DNA of 39,189 nucleotides from Blastocatellia bacterium (GTDB lineage Bacteria; Acidobacteriota; Blastocatellia; Pyrinomonadales; Pyrinomonadaceae): NCBI GenBank assembly GCA_031399105.1, contig JANNON010000320.1, positions 1 to 39,189 of the forward strand, read 5' to 3'. Shown piece by piece: positions 34,535 to 39,189 of this stretch (position 1 is its first letter; each line of letters starts with the position of its first letter). The notes under the pieces were generated by a model. It saw only the letters and a program-made list of their open reading frames with translations, ran no database searches and was not told where the DNA came from. The position numbers and the translations under genes were made by a program.

Positions 34535-34753
34535 CTAAGCTTGTGGCTCATCGTAATACGCGCCGCCGTAAACGAGGGGTGAAGAGCCAAAAGCCGCCCA
34601 CTCACCCGTCAGGCCAGAGTTGGGCGCTTGCTGGCCTAGCCATTCTTGGACATCGCGGGCCCACCTGTCGTGCGCACTACACGCCTCGACCGGATTGTCG
34701 GAGTCCTCAAGCAGCTGAAAACCATCGTTGACCAATTGATCCAAAGACTTCAT
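34535..34753 (-). CDS. 72-aa ORF in the same frame as the TIR ORF. It is probably the detached N-terminus of an ancestral ~476-aa TIR protein.
   Basis: 34753 and 34393 have the same value modulo 3. A single TAG (34535-34537) separates this ORF from the stop-free linker VSHLALVRRRLNWLAEKGSVASQATAATNRKRALAKLSALRDQVGDA. That linker runs into the TIR ORF. Confidence 0.5.
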   Translation of the reverse strand: MKSLDQLVNDGFQLLEDSDNPVEACSAHDRWARDVQEWLGQQAPNSGLTGEWAAFGSSPLVYGGAYYDEPQA

Positions 34754-34820
34754 CGCCAGTCACTATACTAAGAGTCCGTGTTAGGAAAAAACTGGGCGCG
34801 TTGAAGAGCGGACGGTCATC

Positions 34821-34912
34821 CGATAATCGCGCATTATGTAATCCAGCAGCGCGCCCGCCATCAAAAACCCACGGCATGCGCATCTGCGGGTCTTACATAA
34901 TGACGATTATCG
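34821..34912. repeat. Long inverted repeat: CGATAATCGCGCATTATGTAA ... TTACATAATGACGATTATCG. The arms are 20-21 bp with a 51-bp spacer.
   Basis: Read directly from the sequence. The arms match 9+10 bp around a 2/1-nt bulge. It lies in the divergent intergenic region between 34753 and 35251. Confidence 0.7.
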
Positions 34913-35250
34913 TACGCCTCGCGTCTATTACTTTCCCTCCGGATGTCACACCTGGCCCGTTCTCACTTAGCCTCGCTCGTGACCGAGAAACATGGTTCGC
35001 TTGAGTGCCATCTGATGAAATAAAGTTTGCGGAAGGGCAATAAAGAATCAAACTAGGGAGGGCAGACAAGATAGAACCAGATTTCTAACTTTATCAATCC
35101 TCTAAGTCTCGTCTTTTCAGTAGCTTTAGAATAAAGCAAATCATATGAAGAAACTTGGGCAACTGGGAAAGTTACTCAAGTTACCAGCCCTCTTGAGTTT
35201 GTGGCTTTATTTTTGCCCTGCGCACCGCATTTGGATAAAACGGAGGACAT

Positions 35251-35760
35251 ATGACTGTAAGGCCACGAGGAAGGAAAAGAACGCTGTCAAAACATGTCTC
35301 ATCCTTCAACATGTGGATGGATCAGGTCTACCAGGTTAGGGCGATCATGGAAGCGACCGGAGCGGTGAAGGACGCCCCTGTGATACGCGAGCTGCTGGAC
35401 GAAGCGCTGGGCGCTCGCCGGCGAAAGGCGCTGGGAATCACCGACTCCGAAGAGCCGCCCGGCCAAGGAACGGCGGAAACGCTTCATACGCTGCAAACCC
35501 TGTTACTGAGGCTAATTAAGCACGAAGACTTACTACTTCGAAATCAGAGGGTTGGGCTCAAGCTTCTGCTTGAGACCTTTGTAGAAGCCCGGACAGGAAG
35601 AGATGTCGCGTGGGAGGAAGTCGTAAAGCGACCTCTGCTAAATAAGGGAAGGACTGAGCAAGACCTGGCCAACTACTTCGACATGAAAACCCATTACGCA
35701 AAAGAACATGCGGTCGAATTGTTGGAGAAAATCAAGAAGGAAGAAGCCGAAAGACGCTAA
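35251..35760 (+). CDS. Hypothetical protein, possibly a ribbon-helix-helix-type DNA-binding or island regulatory protein.
   Basis: 169 aa, with GGAGGA 4 nt upstream of the ATG. The N-terminal pattern (basic stretch, then SSFNMWMDQVYQVRAIMEATG...APVIRELLDEAL) resembles an RHH strand-helix-helix, but only weakly. It lies upstream of xis-int. Confidence 0.6.
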   Translation: MTVRPRGRKRTLSKHVSSFNMWMDQVYQVRAIMEATGAVKDAPVIRELLDEALGARRRKALGITDSEEPPGQGTAETLHTLQTLLLRLIKHEDLLLRNQRVGLKLLLETFVEARTGRDVAWEEVVKRPLLNKGRTEQDLANYFDMKTHYAKEHAVELLEKIKKEEAERR

Positions 35761-36010
35761 CCGGCAAGGCCGAGGTGTTGGATTTTACATGCACTTTAGG
35801 TGTGGTGTTTTACAACAGGGGTGATCGACGGACTGCTAAACCCGGCAGAAATCGCGCCCCAGGCTTTACGGTTCCTCAGCATTCAGTCCTTTCGCTTCCT
35901 CTCTTTTCCCATTCCTTCCGCCAATCTGCGTTCTGGCACATTGATTGTCATAGAGCTGAAATGTGATGAGTTTACCACAGCAATCGAGCCTCCCTTTTGG
36001 AAAGGCAACC

Positions 36011-36199
36011 ATGAATTTGACACAGGCGAAGGAGCTACCGATCTATTTGACCTTGAAGGAGGTGGCTCAACTTCTAAAAGTGAAGCCACGGACCATCTAC
36101 GCCTGGGTAAGCGACAACAGAATTCCATTCGAGCGTAAAGGCAGTCTCTTGCGCTTTCGTCTTGATGCGGTTCTCGCCTGGAACGAACCAACGCGGTAA
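36011..36199 (+). CDS. xis: Excisionase-like helix-turn-helix protein (MerR/AlpA-type HTH_17).
   Basis: The 62-aa product is MNLTQAKELPIYLTLKEVAQLLKVKPRTIYAWVSDNRIPFERKGSLLRFRLDAVLAWN. It sits directly upstream of the integrase. The ORF is open from a GTG at 35963. Confidence 0.75.
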   Translation: MNLTQAKELPIYLTLKEVAQLLKVKPRTIYAWVSDNRIPFERKGSLLRFRLDAVLAWNEPTR

Positions 36200-36298
36200 C
36201 GGAACAGATTGTCGAACATCGAAGATCGCGGATCAGCCGGAGGTGTGCGTGGTAGAATCGCTACGCTCCTGTGATGGCTGCAACCGGAAAGGAGCACG

Positions 36299-37372
36299 AT
36301 GTCAGTTTACAAGCGAAGGGGCAGATGGTTCTGTGACACCACGATCGACGGCCGGCGAGTGCAGCAGGTTCTAAAGAAGGCCCGCACGCGAGCACAAGCC
36401 ATTAAGGCCAAGACCGTGATCGAGAACAAGCTCTTTGAAAACCGATACAAGGTTAAGAGGAGGCCGGAAATTGGCTTTGACAAATTCGTCAAGGATCGTT
36501 TCCTGCCTTACTCAAAGTTACACAAGCGAACGTACCCCGATGACGTGAAGATTTGCGAAATGCTTAAGGAGACGTTCGGACGGATGACGCTCTCCGAAAT
36601 CGATCCGACCACGATCGAAAAGTGGAAGCAAAAACGTCGCGAGGGAAAGACGATGTACAAGCGGCAGCGAAAGCCGGCAACGGTAAATCGCGAGTTGTGC
36701 GTGCTATCAAAGATTCTCGCTCTGGCGTTCGATGCCGAATTGATCGAAAGCAATCCTTGTCGCCGAGTGCGAAAGTTTCGCACGAACAACGGAAGGGTGC
36801 GTTATCTGACTTCCGACGAGGAGGCTAAGCTGTTCGAGAAACTTCAAGGTCAGGAATGGGTACAGCAGATCGTTACGATGGCCATTAACACCGGGATGAG
36901 GCAGGGCGAGATTTTCGATCTCACCTGGTTCGACGTGGACTTGCCGCGAGGGGTGATTCACATTCGAGTCTCCAAGAACGGCAAAGATCGTTTCGTTCCG
37001 ATCAATCAAACGATCTGTGCAATGTTGGAAGGACTACCTCATACCAGCGAGTACGTCTTTCCTAGTCCGAAAACAAAGGAACGTTTGGTCGACGTGAAGC
37101 GTCGATTCGACTTGGCGAAGAGCGATGCAGGAATCAAAGACTTCCGCTTTCATGACTTGCGTCATACAGCAGCCACTCGGATGGCTGACTGCGGAGCGGA
37201 CGCTTTCACACTTGCCGCGATCTTCGGCTGGTCTGACGTTCGAATGGCTTTGCGCTACACGCACGCTACCGATGAGGCGAAGCGCCGGGCAGTTGAAAAT
37301 TTGGTCAAATTCAATGGACCAAGTGACGAATCGGTGACAAATGAAAAAGGCAGGGTAGGCGCCCTGCCGTAA
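36299..37372 (+). CDS. int: Tyrosine-type site-specific integrase.
   Basis: 357 aa, with AAGGAG upstream of the ATG. It has an N-terminal SAM-like/arm-binding region. The catalytic region contains TGMRQGEIFDLTW (Arg), FRFHDLRHTAATRMA (HxxR) and GWSDVRMALRYTH (Tyr). It ends 14 nt from the tRNA-Ala 3' end. Confidence 0.93.
   Translation: MSVYKRRGRWFCDTTIDGRRVQQVLKKARTRAQAIKAKTVIENKLFENRYKVKRRPEIGFDKFVKDRFLPYSKLHKRTYPDDVKICEMLKETFGRMTLSEIDPTTIEKWKQKRREGKTMYKRQRKPATVNRELCVLSKILALAFDAELIESNPCRRVRKFRTNNGRVRYLTSDEEAKLFEKLQGQEWVQQIVTMAINTGMRQGEIFDLTWFDVDLPRGVIHIRVSKNGKDRFVPINQTICAMLEGLPHTSEYVFPSPKTKERLVDVKRRFDLAKSDAGIKDFRFHDLRHTAATRMADCGADAFTLAAIFGWSDVRMALRYTHATDEAKRRAVENLVKFNGPSDESVTNEKGRVGALP
37322..37339 (+). 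repeat. Second copy of the 18-bp direct repeat AGTGACGAATCGGTGACA, located inside the 3' end of int.
   Basis: Exact match to 22493-22510. Confidence 0.5.
37344..37368 (-). terminator. Rho-independent terminator of tRNA-Ala, embedded in the last codons of int.
   Basis: The minus strand reads GGCAGGG-CGCCTA-CCCTGCC followed by TTTTTCATTT. It starts 19 nt after the tRNA CCA end. Confidence 0.6.
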
Positions 37373-37386
37373 GTCATTGCCCTAAT

Positions 37387-37462
37387 TGGTGGAGCAGAGG
37401 AGGGTCGAACTCCTGGCCTCCGCATTGCGAACGCGGCGCTCTGCCAACTGAGCTACTGCCCC
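37387..37462 (-). tRNA. tRNA-Ala (anticodon CGC), with encoded CCA.
   Basis: The minus strand reads GGGGCAGTAGCTCAGTTGGCAGAGCGCCGCGTTCGCAATGCGGAGGCCAGGAGTTCGACCCTCCTCTGCTCCACCA. It has a 7-bp acceptor stem with the G3:U70 Ala identity pair. The anticodon loop is TTCGCAA and the T-loop is TTCGACC. Length is 76 nt. Confidence 0.93.
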
Positions 37463-37471
37463 ACGCGAGAG

Positions 37472-37500
37472 AGAATACAGTTTCGAGTTTCGGGTTTCAA
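37472..37500 (-). promoter_or_regulatory. Candidate sigma-70-type promoter of tRNA-Ala.
   Basis: The minus strand reads TTGAAA-N17-TATTCT, then 9 nt to the first G of the tRNA. Confidence 0.4.
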
Positions 37501-37620
37501 GTTGCGTGTTCTGAAGTTTTGAGTTTCGAGTTTCAGGTTTCGAGTTTGGTCTGAGGTCTCAAGTCTCAGGTCTGAGATCATCTGAGATCTCAAATTTGGG
37601 ATCTCACATTCTCTCAAATC
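37479..37620. repeat. Low-complexity intergenic block of short repeats. It has AGTTTCGAGTTTC-type units and then TCTGAGATC/GGTCTCA-type units.
   Basis: The 13-mer agtttcgagtttc occurs exactly at 37479, 37522 and 38876, with variants at 37535 and 38890. tctgagatc occurs twice in tandem around 37570-37590. Confidence 0.6.
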
Positions 37621-37647
37621 CAAAATGTCGAGTCTCAGATCAAAACG

Positions 37648-38868
37648 TCAAATCTGTTTCGCCTGCAACTGTTGCATGATTAGCTCAAGAGTGGCTGCCA
37701 GTTGCTCAACTTTCTTACCGCCGCCCTGGGCCATGTCGGGTTTACCGCCGCCGCGACCGTCTAGCTGTGCGCAGGCTTCGCGCATCAGGTCGTTCATATC
37801 CGCAGAGACATCCGCTGAACGTGCGAATACTAGTCGGGCCGTCCCGTGATCGCGCGAGCCCAGCAAGGCGATAGTATTTGGATTTGCAATCAACGCCTGT
37901 GCGAGTTTCTTTAAACTTTCAGGATCCTTACCTTCGAACATTCGAGCTATCACCCGAGTGCCATCCGAGTTAGCGGCGGATTGAGTATAAAGTTCACTGG
38001 CCTCGACTGTTGCGGCAATCTCTTCCAGCGCACGCACGCGTCGGTGCAGTTCCTTATTTTCTTCGACCAATTTTTCTGCGTGTGCTGGTGCATCATCGCG
38101 ACCGCTGCTGAACAAAGCGGCAGTTGCGCGGGCGCTTTTGTTAACACGGCGATAGTCTGCGAGTGCGCGTAGGCCAGCCACCCACTCAATGCGCGTCAAG
38201 CCCTTCGCGCGTTCCCACGAACGAACAGCGATCATCCCGACTTCACCGGTACGAAACGCATGCGTGCCGCCGCAAGGCGTTAGATCAAATCCCTCAATCT
38301 CGATCAGCCGCAGTTCGCCTTGCCGCGCGGGATCTTTTCGCAACGGAAGCTGCGCGGCTTCTTCCTTCGTCACCTGCTTGATGGTGATGAATCGATCTTC
38401 CCAGATCACATTGTTTGCTAATTCGACCGCTCTCTCGATTACTTCGGTTGAAGGATTCGCGAGTTCGACGTCGATTTCGCACGACTGGTCCAGCACTCGA
38501 AAGCTATGCGTGGGCGCTTTGAAGAGAGTGACGAAAGCCTGGGAGAGAATGTGCTGGCCCGTGTGCTGCTGCATGTGATCGAGACGGCGAGGCCAATCAA
38601 CTCGCCCGGTCACGATTGAGCCAATCTCCGGCGCACGTCCCTGCAGCACGTGCCAAATTCCGTCTCGCTCGTCGTCGATGCATTCGACTACGCGCGTGCT
38701 GTTCAGAGTTCCGGTGTCGCTCGGTTGCCCGCCGCCGGTCGGATAGAAGGCCGTGCGATCAAGCGTGACCGCGGTCCAGCCGCTCACCCGTTCGCTGACG
38801 TCGGTGACGCGAGCTTCAAACTCGATCAGATGAGAATCGGAATAGTAAAGACGTTCGGTTGCCGGCAT
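37648..38868 (-). CDS. alaX: AlaX-L-type alanyl-tRNA editing protein (AlaRS editing domain plus a C-terminal DHHA1-like domain).
   Basis: 406 aa counted from the ATG at 38868; the ORF is open up to 38985. Zinc motifs are HMQQHTGQHILS (HxxxH) and TPCGGTHAFRTGEVG (CxxxH). The N-terminus is LYYSDSHLIEFEARV. The C-terminus GRGGGKPDMAQGGG is typical of the AlaRS C-Ala/DHHA1 region. Confidence 0.88.
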   Translation of the reverse strand: MPATERLYYSDSHLIEFEARVTDVSERVSGWTAVTLDRTAFYPTGGGQPSDTGTLNSTRVVECIDDERDGIWHVLQGRAPEIGSIVTGRVDWPRRLDHMQQHTGQHILSQAFVTLFKAPTHSFRVLDQSCEIDVELANPSTEVIERAVELANNVIWEDRFITIKQVTKEEAAQLPLRKDPARQGELRLIEIEGFDLTPCGGTHAFRTGEVGMIAVRSWERAKGLTRIEWVAGLRALADYRRVNKSARATAALFSSGRDDAPAHAEKLVEENKELHRRVRALEEIAATVEASELYTQSAANSDGTRVIARMFEGKDPESLKKLAQALIANPNTIALLGSRDHGTARLVFARSADVSADMNDLMREACAQLDGRGGGKPDMAQGGGKKVEQLAATLELIMQQLQAKQI

Positions 38869-39189
38869 GAGGGCAAGTTTCGAGTTTCTGGTTCCAAGTT
38901 TCAAGTCGCGAGCTGCGGTCTTTGAGAACCATAAGCCAGCGACCGGGCCGCTGAGTAAGAAGCAGTTCACACGAACCGATCGCAACGAAGCTTTTCAGAA
39001 TGGGGCTTGAGCGTGGCGCAACGACCTGGTCGCTGCCGCTTACGGTTCGGATCCGACCAGCTTTGCCCAAGAAGTCCCCGCATGACGTTGCCGCTGGAGG
39101 AGTCAGTGTCATTCACCCCAACCTTCAGGTTGGGGATCATCGAACCAAAATAGACTTACGAACCATTTCAATGGCAATAACATACTTGG

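Larger units (their letters stand above)
22304..37462. mobile_element. tRNA-Ala-integrated genomic (defence) island of ~15.1 kb, with its Xis + tyrosine integrase module at the tRNA-proximal end.
   Basis: Direct repeats lie at 22304-22352 and 37387-37435. The int gene (36299-37372) ends 14 nt from the tRNA 3' end, with an excisionase-like HTH gene upstream of it. The cargo consists of RT, AbiE, HerA-like, HEPN and TIR genes. Confidence 0.8.

Noticed and set aside
37463-37647. CRISPR-like array suggested by the repetitive 37.48-37.62 kb block.
   Set aside because: The units are 9-13 nt with irregular spacing and no unique spacers of 25-40 nt. No cas genes are nearby.
38816-39112. 98-aa minus-strand ORF at the right edge, and the 39-codon upstream extension of alaX to 38985.
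   Set aside because: The conserved AlaX N-terminus (MPATERLYYSDSHLIEFEARV) starts at the ATG at 38868. The upstream residues and the overlapping ORF have no similarity-like features and run through the AGTTTC repeat block.

Overview
All family calls below were made by eye from motifs; no searches were run. The window has chromosomal flanks on both sides: an RND-efflux membrane-fusion adaptor on the left, and tRNA-Ala(CGC) plus an AlaX-type Ala-tRNA editing protein on the right. Between them lie about 36 kb of accessory DNA stacked at the 3' end of the tRNA-Ala gene. (1) Region 1.24-3.4 kb is a debris field. It holds tRNA-Ala 3'-half fragments, a ~160-bp repeat family, a transposase fragment and a frameshifted, truncated phosphopantetheinyl-transferase fragment. 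(2) Region 3.4-21.9 kb holds two giant genes forming a Tc (ABC-type) toxin complex in BC->A order. The first is a natural TcB-TcC fusion of 2562 aa (SpvB N-terminus, FG-GAP propeller, RHS cocoon, Rhs core). Its 388-aa C-terminal cargo has no enzyme motif I recognise and ends in a ~135-aa glycine-zipper hydrophobic tail. The second is an oversized 3586-aa TcA-like protein with a PA14-like insert. No integrase accompanies this block. (3) Region 22.3-37.46 kb is an intact-looking ~15.1-kb integrative island. Xis and a tyrosine integrase abut the tRNA, and a 49-nt tRNA 3'-half direct repeat marks the far end. Its cargo is defence-type: a stand-alone reverse transcriptase with a HEAT-like C-terminus, AbiEi/AbiEii, and two unknown genes. 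It also carries an orphan membrane-anchored HerA-like ATPase and a plus-strand operon (unknown 176 aa, frameshifted DUF4365-like nuclease, SEC-C-motif protein, HEPN Rx4H protein). Finally there is a convergent TIR gene whose N-terminal part is cut off by a single in-frame TAG. The best candidates for undescribed biology are the glycine-zipper Tc cargo, the orphan membrane HerA ATPase with its divergent operon, the TIR/HEPN convergent pair, and the RT with its long non-coding leader.
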